Assembly: GCA_946497925.1 (NCBI GenBank)
Contig: CAMMMG010000001.1
Coordinates: forward strand, 6,192-70,191
Origin: an uncultured Mycoplasmatota bacterium
Lineage (GTDB): Bacteria; Bacillota_I; Bacilli_A; RF39; UBA660
Length of the DNA: 64,000 bases
Reading direction: 5' to 3'
Under the pieces are notes generated by a model. It worked only from the letters and a program-made list of their open reading frames with translations, was not told the origin of the DNA and searched no databases. The stretch's first letter is position 1, and every line of letters begins with the position of its first letter. Below, piece after piece: positions 30,040 to 40,440 of the stretch. A program made the position numbers and the translations under genes.

Positions 30040-31365
30040 ATGTTTGTTGTGAAAAATGTAAGTATGAAATTAATGATTATTAAAGTGAGGTGGATATTTA
30101 TAAATTTAAATTATGCAATATTTAGAAGTGAACCTATTTTTACATTGAATGATTTAGCACAGATAGGTTCTCATAATAAAAGGGAGAAGAAAGCTTATAA
30201 TTCTAATCCTGATATAAATAAAAATTTAAGTAAAAATAATATAGAATTAGTACCCTTGACAGATAAGTATGTTAAGGGTTTTTATAATTTAACTAAAGAA
30301 TATAAAAAAGAACATGATGAGAGAATGAAAACAGAACGTGAAGATAGAAAGAAAACTTTTAAACAGATGTTAGATAAGTCAAGAAATGTAGTTGCAGATG
30401 AATTATTATTTACTGCTACATCTGAATTTTTTGATAATATGACAATAGATGATATAAAAGAGTGGGCTAATACTTGTATGGAGTTTGTTTATGAAGATTT
30501 GGGTTATAAAAAAGAACAAGTTTTACATAGTGTAATTCATTTAGATGAAAAGACACCACATATTCATTGTGTAGTTGTTCCTTTAGTTAGAAAGTTTGAT
30601 AATAGAACTAAAACAGAGAGATATACTATATCTAAGAAACAATATATTAAAGATAATATTCATTTATCAGAATTACAAGATAAATATCATAAAAGATTAA
30701 TAGATAAAGGTTATGATTTGGAACGTGGTATTAAAGGTAGTGATAGAAAGCACATTAAGATTAAAGAATATAAGAATATTAATAAAAAATTAGAACAGAA
30801 CTTAAATACTAGAAATGAAAGATTAGATAAGGCTATGAATAAGTTAGAAGAACAAATGAAAACTACTAAAACTATTCCTTTTGATAAGAAACATATTGTT
30901 GTTGAAAAAGATACTTTTGATACTATGAATATGGTTATTATGGAAACTAAAAAGGTTAAAGAGTTACAGCCTAAAATAGAGCAAGTATTTAATGATATTG
31001 ATAGTTATGTAAATAGTTATAATTCTTTAGATAAAGAAAACAAAAAATATCAAAGAGAAATAAAGTCTCTTAAAACTAGAAATAGTAACCTTATAATAGA
31101 GAATAATAAGTTAAGAGATTATATTAATGCTATTTTGAAGGCGATAAAGACATTTTTTAGAAAGTTATTACAAATTGGTAATGAAATTACAAAAGAGAAT
31201 GTTACAAGCGAAATAAAAGACTATTATGATAATAATGACTTTAATCAAGATGATGTTTATGATATTGCTAATAATACTAGTAAAGAAGATGAACTATTTG
31301 ATTATGTAGGTATAAATTATAATGACAACTATGATATATCTAACGATGATGAATTAAGTTTATAA
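30040..31365 (+). CDS. mob: MobV-family relaxase (Mob_Pre plasmid recombination/mobilisation enzyme)
   Basis: The N-terminal block NYAIFRSEPIFTLNDLAQIGSHNKRE matches MobV motif I (SYAVxR...HNxR). HLDEKTPHIHCVVVP is the HxDE...PHxH metal-binding motif III. The C-terminus is coiled-coil. The true start is probably downstream of the track ATG. Confidence 0.8.
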   Translation: MFVVKNVSMKLMIIKVRWIFINLNYAIFRSEPIFTLNDLAQIGSHNKREKKAYNSNPDINKNLSKNNIELVPLTDKYVKGFYNLTKEYKKEHDERMKTEREDRKKTFKQMLDKSRNVVADELLFTATSEFFDNMTIDDIKEWANTCMEFVYEDLGYKKEQVLHSVIHLDEKTPHIHCVVVPLVRKFDNRTKTERYTISKKQYIKDNIHLSELQDKYHKRLIDKGYDLERGIKGSDRKHIKIKEYKNINKKLEQNLNTRNERLDKAMNKLEEQMKTTKTIPFDKKHIVVEKDTFDTMNMVIMETKKVKELQPKIEQVFNDIDSYVNSYNSLDKENKKYQREIKSLKTRNSNLIIENNKLRDYINAILKAIKTFFRKLLQIGNEITKENVTSEIKDYYDNNDFNQDDVYDIANNTSKEDELFDYVGINYNDNYDISNDDELSL

Positions 31366-31421
31366 TAAAACTAGCATGCTTTTATAGATGCTAGTTATAG
31401 AAAGTAGGATGTATATTAATT

Positions 31422-31997
31422 TTATCTACTACAATTAATTGTCTGTTTTGGTAAACAGTGATATATAACAGATAGTTTTAGAACTATCCATATGAGTACT
31501 CTTATAATATCATTATCTTTTATATTACTACTAATGCAGTAGGATTTTAAAAATGTAATTTTTATAGGTAATTCTATATTTCTATCATTAACATTAGTTA
31601 CTTTTGAATATAGATTACTTGCGATATTTTCTGCTTCTTCAATAATAGAACAATAGTCTATGTTATCTTTTAAATCGTCTTTATGAAAATTGAAAAAGTC
31701 AATTATATCATTAACTTGTTTTGATATTTCTTTTAAAGAAATTTGAGATTTAAGACTTTTTATTTCTGTTAGATAGTAGTTAATTAGTTCTTCCAAAATT
31801 AACTCTTTATCTTTTTCTTTTAAATTGTTAAATTTAGTAGTAAGTAATTTATCTAAGTAATAATGATATTCAATATCTTTAATTTTTAAGATGGTATTAT
31901 TAAAGTTATTTGTAATAGTCGATATATAGTTATTTAACTCATTATTTTTTTGCATATCTTTCCTTTCTTTTCCTACTTTCTTGGCACTATTCGTCAT
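31422..31997 (-). CDS. hypothetical protein (191 aa)
   Basis: Track ORF with an upstream RBS. No recognisable motif. Confidence 0.45.
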   Translation of the reverse strand: MTNSAKKVGKERKDMQKNNELNNYISTITNNFNNTILKIKDIEYHYYLDKLLTTKFNNLKEKDKELILEELINYYLTEIKSLKSQISLKEISKQVNDIIDFFNFHKDDLKDNIDYCSIIEEAENIASNLYSKVTNVNDRNIELPIKITFLKSYCISSNIKDNDIIRVLIWIVLKLSVIYHCLPKQTINCSR

Positions 31998-32105
31998 TTC
32001 TCTCTTTTCTTTTTTATTAATATGTAATTATAACTTACTACATAGTTAGTATGGTTTAAAGAATATAAACTTATTACAATGTTAGTAAGTTAATAAAGAA
32101 AAGAT

Positions 32106-32378
32106 GTGATGGTTATTAAGAGTAAACATTATGAGAATCAAGCTCGTAAAATATTAGCGAATAATATAGTTTATTTTAGACTTAAAAAGAATTGGTCTCA
32201 AGAAGATTTTGCAGATGAACTTGGGACTACTCCTACTTATGTTTCTAATATAGAAAATGCTAAACGTAATACGAGAATAGATTATATTGGACATATTGCT
32301 GATACTCTTGGAGTATCTTTAGAACAATTATTTGTAGAAAGAACTCCAGTTGTTAATCATCGTATTCCAAGACGATAA
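32106..32378 (+). CDS. XRE-family HTH transcriptional regulator
   Basis: WSQEDFADELGTTPTYVSNIENAKRN is an HTH_3 signature. Confidence 0.7.
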   Translation: MMVIKSKHYENQARKILANNIVYFRLKKNWSQEDFADELGTTPTYVSNIENAKRNTRIDYIGHIADTLGVSLEQLFVERTPVVNHRIPRR

Positions 32379-32513
32379 GAATATGCTATATATTCTTTTT
32401 TTGTGCCACTTTAATTATATCATTAATTATTTACTTTTCAATACATTAATTGCGCGAATATGTGGCTATTTTAAAAACTCTAAAATGTCATAATTAAATG
32501 AGAGGGTGGTAAA

Positions 32514-32822
32514 ATGGCTATTCATAGTTTTCAAGAGTTACAAGATTTATTACAAAATGTAAATAAAGAAGAAATGTATGTTAATATTTGTAGAAATATT
32601 AAGAAGTTTCGTTTAGAAAAATATAATGAATTTAAGAAACAAAACTTAAATACATCTATTAATCCATATTCTACTGAGAATATTTCAGCACTTTTAGATT
32701 ATAATCATAATCATTATAAGAGATTTGAAAGTGAGAATGATAGTACTAAGATGATACCTTTAGAAAAGCTAGTTAAATTATCTATTATTTTAGATAAAAG
32801 ATTAGATGATTTTATTAGGTAA
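32514..32822 (+). CDS. hypothetical protein (102 aa)
   Basis: RBS GAGGGTGG upstream. No recognisable motif. Confidence 0.45.
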   Translation: MAIHSFQELQDLLQNVNKEEMYVNICRNIKKFRLEKYNEFKKQNLNTSINPYSTENISALLDYNHNHYKRFESENDSTKMIPLEKLVKLSIILDKRLDDFIR

Positions 32823-32968
32823 CTATTTGTTAAAAAAAGTTTTAAAAAAAGTTTTGACTTTCAAGGAAAAAAATGGTAAGATATGCCTCGAAAAGAGGAG
32901 TATCATTAACAAATTTAAAATTACTAAAATCTTCTTTTTAATATTTTAAATGAAAAGGAGGCAATAAT

Positions 32969-33613
32969 GTGTTTGAAACGGAGGTTAGATTTTATTTTAA
33001 TAAAAATGAATCTACAAAAATTATATCTTATTTAAAGGATATAGATTCGCTTTCTTTTGATGGTAGATTTTATGAGGTAACTCAGCAATTTGATCATCCA
33101 GAAATTTCTAAGTCTTTTTATTCATTGCAAGTTGACGGCAGATTTAGAATTAGATTGTCAAAATGTGAATCGTTTAGTAAGTTAAAAGTATCATGGAAAC
33201 AGCGTTTAAAAAAAGATAAAATTGATAATAAAATTCATAAGGAAAGGGAAGTTGAAATTAATTTAAATCCAAATGAGTATAATAATTTAATGTATATATT
33301 GAATGAAGTTATTGGTATGAGACTTGTAGAGAGTTATGAAAGATATAGGAGTGTTTTTTCTAATAAAGAAGTAGAAATAGTTGTGGATGAGTATCCATTT
33401 GCTACAGCTATTGAGATTGAAAGCAAAACTGATGACTCTATATCATTAAATTGGTGGATAGACAGGTTGGGTTTAAAATTAGAAGATGCTTATAGTTTAT
33501 CTTGGGATGATAAATATAATGAATTATGTAAAGAACAAGGGAAAACAGCAACTAAGTTCGTTACATTTGAATCTGATATGCCGGAGTTAAAAAATTGTAT
33601 TTTTGGAGAGTAA
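32969..33613 (+). CDS. CYTH-domain protein (triphosphate tunnel metalloenzyme / CyaB-like)
   Basis: The N-terminal MFETEVRFYF (ExExK/R pattern) opens a ~200-aa fold with alternating charged beta-strand residues, typical of CYTH. It is the first gene of a 7-gene operon with overlapping stops and starts. Confidence 0.55.
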   Translation: MFETEVRFYFNKNESTKIISYLKDIDSLSFDGRFYEVTQQFDHPEISKSFYSLQVDGRFRIRLSKCESFSKLKVSWKQRLKKDKIDNKIHKEREVEINLNPNEYNNLMYILNEVIGMRLVESYERYRSVFSNKEVEIVVDEYPFATAIEIESKTDDSISLNWWIDRLGLKLEDAYSLSWDDKYNELCKEQGKTATKFVTFESDMPELKNCIFGE

Positions 33614-34484
33614 AATGGAAAGCATAAAGAAAATTGAAAATGGTAATCTTAATGATGTATATAAATTAGTTATAAATAATAAAAAGTATATTTTAAGAAT
33701 GACAGAATTTAATAATGATTGTGAGATAAATACATTGCTAATTTTAAAAAAATATAATTTGAACGTGCCAAATCTGTTAGCTCATTTTAGTGTTTATAAT
33801 AAAAATGTAATGTTATTAGATTATATTGAGGGAAGTAATCCTTTGGAAATTGATATTAAATTTATTACTGAACTTTTAAAACAGTTAAAAAAACTTCATA
33901 ATATTCCATATGAAGATTTGGAAGAAAAATCAATAAATACAATAGAAAATTTTGAAAGATTGAGTAAATATTATGTTGTAAGTAAAAAATCAAATTTTTT
34001 AAAGCAAAAAATTCATTTAATTAATTCGATTTTGGAAGATGTTAAAGATATACCTTTTGATAAAATGCCAAAATGTATAGTGCATTCTGACATAAAAAAA
34101 GAGAATGTACTAGTAAATAATAATACTGTTTATATAATTGATTTTGGAAATAGTTATATAGGAAATAGGCTAATAGATTTAGTTAGAATAATTATGTGGT
34201 TTTTTTTGAAAAACAATGATTTTAATATTGAAGAAATAGAAAACTGTTTTAAAGTTTATTTTGAAAATAATCATCTTATTGATTTAGAATATAATAGTCT
34301 TGGTAAAATAATAAAATTTTGTGTTATTTATAATTTAATTAAAGATGTTTATTTGTTTGAAAAAGGATTCTTATCTGAAAATTATGTTGTTAAAAATGAT
34401 ACAAAATGGTTAAATGTATTGGAAAACGAACAATTATTAGAGAAAGTAAAGGAGGCTTTAAATAATGCTAGTAGATATTCATAA
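33603..34484 (+). CDS. aminoglycoside phosphotransferase (APH)/choline kinase-like small-molecule kinase
   Basis: Catalytic loop VHSDIKKENVLV (HxDxxxxN) and IIDFGNS (a DFG-equivalent metal-binding motif). The N-terminal lobe is nucleotide-binding. Confidence 0.7.
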   Translation: MESKMESIKKIENGNLNDVYKLVINNKKYILRMTEFNNDCEINTLLILKKYNLNVPNLLAHFSVYNKNVMLLDYIEGSNPLEIDIKFITELLKQLKKLHNIPYEDLEEKSINTIENFERLSKYYVVSKKSNFLKQKIHLINSILEDVKDIPFDKMPKCIVHSDIKKENVLVNNNTVYIIDFGNSYIGNRLIDLVRIIMWFFLKNNDFNIEEIENCFKVYFENNHLIDLEYNSLGKIIKFCVIYNLIKDVYLFEKGFLSENYVVKNDTKWLNVLENEQLLEKVKEALNNASRYS

Positions 34485-35256
34485 AAATAAAGATTTAAGG
34501 AATATAGAGGTTAATAATATAGGAATTTGTGATTATAAATTGCCAATAATATTTAAAAATAAGAACAATATTTTTCCTACTATTGCAACTATTACTTCTA
34601 CAGTAGTTTTAGATAGGAACTTAAAAGGTGCTCACTTGAGTAGAATTTCTGAAGTCATTAATGATTCATTAATAAACAAAAATATTTCATTGGGTGATAT
34701 TAATGATATAACTAAAGAAGTTGCAGAAAGATCAGAAACTAAAGGTGCTAATTTAATATTATCATTCGATTTAATTAACAAAAGATTAACACCTATATCT
34801 AAAAAGGATTCTTATTTATCTTCTAAAATTACAATAATTAGTGATATTATTGATAAAAGTGTTAGTAATAAATTGATTGTAGAAACTGTTGGTACAATGC
34901 TTTGCCCATGTTCAAAAGCAATTTCTAAGTATGGTGCACATAATCAAATATGTAATTTAAAAGTTTCGTTAACAGGTAATATTGAAAGTATAGATGTTGA
35001 AAAAATTATTGATATTATGGAACATCAATTTAGTTCACCTGTTTATAGTACTGTTAAAAGAGAAGATGAGCAATACATTACTGAAAAGGCTTATGAAAAT
35101 CCTAAGTTTTCAGAAGACTTAATTAGAGATACTATAATAGCTATTCATAATTATTATTCTGTTGGAGATATAAGGGTAGAATTAGTAAACAATGAATCAA
35201 TTCATCAACATAATGTTTATTCAATGGGAGAGCTAAATGCAGATCTTAACTCATAA
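34465..35256 (+). CDS. folE2: GTP cyclohydrolase I type 2 (FolE2/MptA family)
   Basis: LKGAHLSRISEV (KGtHMSRF-like) and MLCPCSKAISKYGAHNQICNLKV (CPCS...GAHNQRS-like) are the two FolE2 signature blocks. Confidence 0.65.
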   Translation: MLVDIHKNKDLRNIEVNNIGICDYKLPIIFKNKNNIFPTIATITSTVVLDRNLKGAHLSRISEVINDSLINKNISLGDINDITKEVAERSETKGANLILSFDLINKRLTPISKKDSYLSSKITIISDIIDKSVSNKLIVETVGTMLCPCSKAISKYGAHNQICNLKVSLTGNIESIDVEKIIDIMEHQFSSPVYSTVKREDEQYITEKAYENPKFSEDLIRDTIIAIHNYYSVGDIRVELVNNESIHQHNVYSMGELNADLNS

Positions 35257-36085
35257 AGAATTGTATGACAGATATTTAATCAATGTTGGTGATGACTCTA
35301 AAAAGGAAATTAAATCTATATTAACAGCTATGGAAAAACATGGCTATTCTAGTTTAGTAAAACAAAAAATTAACATGAATGAAGAAAAGTTTTATTATTT
35401 ATATTCTTTGTTAATAAAATTAAAAGAAATATTTGATACAAGATATAACGATAGAAATGATTTAGAAATCTTTTTTGATTATGTATTACAAAGTATTGAT
35501 GGGATTCCAATTAACTTTTATGCTATTTTTTGTCCTGGTTATAATGATGATGGATACAAAGATAGGTTAGGTAAAACTACTACTATTAAAATACAAAAAC
35601 TTTTTCAAATGAAACAATTACTAGATAAGGAGAATATTTTACATAATATTCATTGTTTATATGCAGATATTTTTTTAGAGAATTGTGATGAACTTAAAAA
35701 TCCAAATTGGGAAAAGGAATTAGAGGTTAATAAAAATCTATTTAAGGAATATGCCATTAAATATTTGGAATGTGCAGATATTGATTTTTTATCAAGTTAT
35801 TTTCCTGATAGTAAATATCAGAGAGGATTTGTTGATTCTAGTATTATTAATGGTAATAATTATGAGTCATTTAGAAAATATAATAATAATTTTTATATGA
35901 AAATGGGCTGGGATGATGCTAAAGCAAAAGAACGTAATGATAAGTTATATACAATTTATAATATAATTGCTGAATATATTATCAATACAAAATCAAATGG
36001 TATTTATTTACCAATGGAGAATATGTATGCACGAACTAAAGTGTTTACTAAGAAAAAAGTAGGTTCAATGTATTTTAAATTGTAG
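35237..36085 (+). CDS. hypothetical protein (282 aa) in the cargo operon
   Basis: Translationally coupled to its neighbours by a 20-nt overlap. No recognisable motif. Confidence 0.5.
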   Translation: MQILTHKELYDRYLINVGDDSKKEIKSILTAMEKHGYSSLVKQKINMNEEKFYYLYSLLIKLKEIFDTRYNDRNDLEIFFDYVLQSIDGIPINFYAIFCPGYNDDGYKDRLGKTTTIKIQKLFQMKQLLDKENILHNIHCLYADIFLENCDELKNPNWEKELEVNKNLFKEYAIKYLECADIDFLSSYFPDSKYQRGFVDSSIINGNNYESFRKYNNNFYMKMGWDDAKAKERNDKLYTIYNIIAEYIINTKSNGIYLPMENMYARTKVFTKKKVGSMYFKL

Positions 36086-36097
36086 GGGGTAGTAAAT

Positions 36098-38110
36098 ATG
36101 AATTATAAAGAAAAAGGTAATCTGTTTTGTAAAGAAATAAATCAATTATTAGCAAATAAAAACGAATATTATGCTTTGGTTACTGGTGGTGGATTTGCTT
36201 ATGATTCTGTAAAGTATTCGGATACTATACAAGGTGATTATGATTTTATGATAGTATATAAAGATGTTGAGCAATTAGATTCTTTAATAGAGGAATTAGA
36301 AAAAATTCCATTTGATTTTGAAAAGAAATATTTAGTTTCTGATTTACATTTATTAAAAAGTAAAGTAATAGATATTATAAGATTATGTGGTAAATATCGT
36401 GGCACCAAGAGTACTATTAACTTAGTAAATATAGAGTTAATTAAAAGAATAGCAAATTTGGAAACAAGAATCCCTTTAAAGAAAATTGCCCATAATAGAA
36501 ATACTGGTTTGTTTTTTGCATATGGTTCTGATAATAGCAGAATAATTGTAAACTTTTTATCGCCATCATTTGTTAGTGGTGATGGCGAAGATCACTATAT
36601 TCATTTAGATTTCTCTAATATTATTGTAGATAATAACATTTATTTTGGTATATTAGCAGATGCTATTTTAAAAGGTTTTAATAGTAATTATGATAATATA
36701 GGTTTTAAAGAAGTGCGTCAAAAGATGATAAAAAATATTAATAACTTTTTTAAAAATAATAAAATCGATAATAGTAATTATCTAAACTTGTATGCTAACA
36801 ATATATATTTTCCAGAAAATTTAAAAAGACAATTACTTGATGAATTCAATAAATATGGTAAAAATGTTTTTGAAGAAAAAAATACTACATCTAATACAAA
36901 ATATCCAATTATTTTTGCTGTTGATAATCCAATTAATAGAAAAATGAATCCATTTAATTTTATAAATAATAAAAGTTATAGATGTTCTTTTGATGATTAT
37001 ATTAATGAAATGCAAAAAAATGAATATGATAGACAATATTTGCTAGACGCATTAGCTAAATTGTTTGGATATGTTGCTTTTTCGAATAGTAAAATAGAAG
37101 ATGATAGTTATATAGAAAATATCATATCTAAATTTAGTGTATATGGTAATAACGATTTGTATTTTGAAGGAATTGAAAAATATTCTGTTAATACTATTTT
37201 TGGTTCATTTATTAATGATTTAAAAGTAAATAGATTTAAATATAACCCTATTTTATATAAAAATTATTTGCTAATGTTGTTAAGTTTTTTGTCATTTTAT
37301 AATAATAAAAATATTTTTGATATGTCTTTAAAATATGAAGTTAATGTTCAAGAATTGGTTAAACCTGAATTAGATAATACTAAAATGAATAGTGAAGTAA
37401 TATTAAAGTTGTCTAATTTTGATGATATAGGTATGTATCATAATTATACATCAAAGGTTATGCCTGGATATACACAAACAGAATGTGATTTTTTAGAAAA
37501 AGTATTTATAGAAAAAAAAGAGCCTGTTTTAGATGTTATGTGTGGATATGGAAGAATAGCTAATGAATTAGTTAAAAGAAATTATAAAAATGTGTATGGC
37601 GTTGATTTTTCTGACTATTCTTTTTTGAATGTAGATAAGGATTTTATTTTTTCTAAAGATGATTTCTTTCATTATCGACCAGGTATATTATTTAAATATT
37701 TATATAGCTTATATAATTGTTATGAAAATAAAGAATATTTGAGAAAAGTAATTGCTAAAATGACAGAATTGTCTGCTGATAATGCTTTTGTTATTTTAGA
37801 TGTTTTTAACAAAGAATGGCGAGATAAAATAGATTCTGAATTTTATAAATTGCTTTTTGATAGTTCTCCTGTAAAATTAGAAATTAGTAGACATTATGAT
37901 GATGAAACTGGTATTGAAACAACTAAATATTTAAAAACAATGTCTGATGATGAACAAGAAGAATATAGTTTTTCTCAAAAGTTTTTTACACAGGCTGAGA
38001 TAGAGGAGTCTATAGATTATAAAAAATGGGATATAGATTTTTTAACATCTGATGTGGTTGGATCAAGAAATAATAATCAGAAAAGAATTTTGGTTTTAAA
38101 GAGGCGGTAA
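36098..38110 (+). CDS. fusion protein: N-terminal pol-beta-type nucleotidyltransferase domain plus C-terminal class I SAM-dependent methyltransferase domain
   Basis: The N-terminus VTGGGFAYDSVKYSDTIQGDYDFMIV fits hG[GS]...DhDh. The C-terminus LDVMCGYGRIANELVKRNYKNVYGVDFSD fits MTase motif I (hhDhGxGxG) plus an acidic post-I residue. Confidence 0.6.
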   Translation: MNYKEKGNLFCKEINQLLANKNEYYALVTGGGFAYDSVKYSDTIQGDYDFMIVYKDVEQLDSLIEELEKIPFDFEKKYLVSDLHLLKSKVIDIIRLCGKYRGTKSTINLVNIELIKRIANLETRIPLKKIAHNRNTGLFFAYGSDNSRIIVNFLSPSFVSGDGEDHYIHLDFSNIIVDNNIYFGILADAILKGFNSNYDNIGFKEVRQKMIKNINNFFKNNKIDNSNYLNLYANNIYFPENLKRQLLDEFNKYGKNVFEEKNTTSNTKYPIIFAVDNPINRKMNPFNFINNKSYRCSFDDYINEMQKNEYDRQYLLDALAKLFGYVAFSNSKIEDDSYIENIISKFSVYGNNDLYFEGIEKYSVNTIFGSFINDLKVNRFKYNPILYKNYLLMLLSFLSFYNNKNIFDMSLKYEVNVQELVKPELDNTKMNSEVILKLSNFDDIGMYHNYTSKVMPGYTQTECDFLEKVFIEKKEPVLDVMCGYGRIANELVKRNYKNVYGVDFSDYSFLNVDKDFIFSKDDFFHYRPGILFKYLYSLYNCYENKEYLRKVIAKMTELSADNAFVILDVFNKEWRDKIDSEFYKLLFDSSPVKLEISRHYDDETGIETTKYLKTMSDDEQEEYSFSQKFFTQAEIEESIDYKKWDIDFLTSDVVGSRNNNQKRILVLKRR

Positions 38111-38112
38111 AT

Positions 38113-38649
38113 ATGTCAATTATAGCAATTGAAGGAACTAACTGTAGTGGAAAATCAACATTGATAGATTATTTAGTTAAATATTATAATTTTAAAGCTT
38201 CAAAATCAGTACCTGAGTGGTTTAGACCATATATACCTTTTGCAAGAGAGTTACAACCTCAATTACAACGAAAAATATATGAGATAGGACATATTGCAGC
38301 GTACTATGATGCACTAAAAGAAAAAAGTTGTACTATTTTTGATCGTTGTTATTTTTCAACATATATTCGATTATCATATCAAGAAAGTAAAACTGTAAAT
38401 GAGTGTGTAGATCAAATTGCTTCTTTTCACTATAAACCTGATTTAATAATTATTCTAACTGTTCCTAAAGAAATTATAGAGCAAAGGTTGGTAGAAAGAA
38501 ATGAACAGTTTAATCAGGATTTTTTTGAATATGAAAATTCTGTTTATTTACAATTATCATTCAAATATGATAACATTATATTAGTTGATAATAGTAAAGA
38601 CATAAAATTTTGTACAAATGAAATATTGAGAAAAATAAAAAGGAGATAA
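38113..38649 (+). CDS. P-loop deoxynucleoside/thymidylate kinase-family kinase
   Basis: IAIEGTNCSGKSTL is the Walker A motif of dNK/TMPK. FDRCYFS is DRY/ERS-like. The LID region is also present. Confidence 0.55.
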   Translation: MSIIAIEGTNCSGKSTLIDYLVKYYNFKASKSVPEWFRPYIPFARELQPQLQRKIYEIGHIAAYYDALKEKSCTIFDRCYFSTYIRLSYQESKTVNECVDQIASFHYKPDLIIILTVPKEIIEQRLVERNEQFNQDFFEYENSVYLQLSFKYDNIILVDNSKDIKFCTNEILRKIKRR

Positions 38650-38652
38650 GTT

Positions 38653-39591
38653 ATGAATGATGTAAGAGAACAATTGAAATATGTAGTGGAGAATAGTGAT
38701 TATGTAAAAATTAATTATACTCAATTAGATAGTTTTATAAAGAGTTTAGGGAAGCCAAATTATCAACATTGGTATAATTTTACTTCTTTAAATTTAAACG
38801 AAAAGGAAAAAATTATTTTAGCTTTTATAATAGAAAGTTTAAATTTTTGTTTTTGGCAAAAGCCAAAATTTAAAATTGAATATAAAGGTAATATTATAAA
38901 AGGGTCTGAGGCTTTATTTTATTCAATTATAAGAGAAGTAGAATCTAATAAAGACTTTTTAGATATAGAATTTTTAAATAAATTAACAAAAGATGATTTT
39001 GAAAAAATATTTTATTCGCCTGATAGTAAAATACCTTTATTTGATTTAAGATATGATCTTTTTAAAGATACTGTTAAAACAATGTATAATAAAGGCCAGA
39101 GTTTTTTTGATGAATTGTTTAATAAGAAATCAGATGTTGATTTATTAAAGTATATTGTGTCAGAATTTAAGTATTTTGATGATAGTAGTATCTATAAAGG
39201 TAAAAGAATAGAGTTTAATAAACGTGCTACTTTACTTGTTAATGACTTATATTATATGTCATCTACAATACATAATAATTTAAAAAATGTTGATAATTTA
39301 ACAGGTTGTGCTGATTATGGTATACCAAGGACTTTAAGGACGTATGGGATTTTAGAATATAATGAGGAATTATCTAACATAATTGATAATGAGATAGAGT
39401 TAAAGCATGATAGTAATATGGAAATTGAAATTAGAGCTAATATGCTTTATGTATTAGAATTAATTAGAGAAAAATTAGAAAATGAAGGTATTAAAATTAA
39501 TTCTGTAGAATTAGATAATGTTATTTGGCAGATGGGAACGAAGAAGAAAAATGTAAATCCATATCATCATACAATTACAATATTTTATTAG
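38653..39591 (+). CDS. hypothetical protein (312 aa), last gene of the cargo operon
   Basis: Track ORF in the same operon. A hairpin terminator lies downstream at ~39740-39778. Confidence 0.5.
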   Translation: MNDVREQLKYVVENSDYVKINYTQLDSFIKSLGKPNYQHWYNFTSLNLNEKEKIILAFIIESLNFCFWQKPKFKIEYKGNIIKGSEALFYSIIREVESNKDFLDIEFLNKLTKDDFEKIFYSPDSKIPLFDLRYDLFKDTVKTMYNKGQSFFDELFNKKSDVDLLKYIVSEFKYFDDSSIYKGKRIEFNKRATLLVNDLYYMSSTIHNNLKNVDNLTGCADYGIPRTLRTYGILEYNEELSNIIDNEIELKHDSNMEIEIRANMLYVLELIREKLENEGIKINSVELDNVIWQMGTKKKNVNPYHHTITIFY

Positions 39592-39768
39592 ATTCTATTA
39601 TAAACTAACTTTTAGACAAGTTAGTAACCCACTACGATATTGGCAGAGCCAATAACGAATGTGGGCAAAGATAGTTTCCTTTTGAAACCCCAATTAGCGA
39701 CAAATTGTGAATCGTTACAATATAATATTGTTGCATAAAAATAGCCTTATTGCTAAAAAGCAAAAAGG

Positions 39769-40362
39769 CTATTTTTCTTTATCTGTAAATTTTCCTACAA
39801 GTGTATTTAATTTAGTATTGGTATTAATTTCCATTTTAGGAAATACACCTCTATCAAATTTAGGATATTTTGCTTTATCAAATTTTTCTAAGTTAGGTTT
39901 TATTGTTGTTAATATTTCATTTAGGCTTTCTAATATTTCATCATTAGAAATTCCTTTATTTTCTATTTTTCCTATTAAATCAGTTATTATTCCTTTACAA
40001 GCAAAGTCGTTTTTACGTCTTTGTTCTATATCATCTAAAACATCAAAATAAAACTTTTCATAAGATTTTATTTGTGCTTGGTAGTCAGCAGTAGAACGTC
40101 TATCACTAAAATCTTTTCCCCAATTTATTTCTACATCATTATAACTAGCTAATTTCATTAATTTTACTAAACTTAATCCTAATGTTTCAGAAATTCCTTT
40201 TAAATATAAGATGTTAGGTTTCTTTCTTTTCCCAGATTCAATACGTGATACTTCAGCACAGTCCATATTAGATTTACGAGCAAGTTCTCTTTGAGAAATA
40301 CCAACTTTTTCTCTAGCTTCACTTATATATTTACCTAGTTCAGTAGTGTTTTTCTTCGCCAT
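39769..40362 (-). CDS. XRE-family repressor-like HTH regulator (197 aa), divergent from the element's HTH/replication genes
   Basis: LGKYISEAREKVGISQRELARKSNMDCAEVSRIESGKR is an HTH_3 domain. The C-terminal domain resembles a phage repressor. Confidence 0.7.
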   Translation of the reverse strand: MAKKNTTELGKYISEAREKVGISQRELARKSNMDCAEVSRIESGKRKKPNILYLKGISETLGLSLVKLMKLASYNDVEINWGKDFSDRRSTADYQAQIKSYEKFYFDVLDDIEQRRKNDFACKGIITDLIGKIENKGISNDEILESLNEILTTIKPNLEKFDKAKYPKFDRGVFPKMEINTNTKLNTLVGKFTDKEK

Positions 40363-40440
40363 TAAATTACACCTCTTTTTCTTGATAAGAAAATTATAAC
40401 ATATAATGATGTAAAAATCAACAAAAAAGTAATTATGTTG

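Noticed and set aside
39707-40051. 114-aa + strand track ORF
   Set aside because: It is entirely antisense to the XRE repressor gene at 39769..40362, which has a clear HTH motif.
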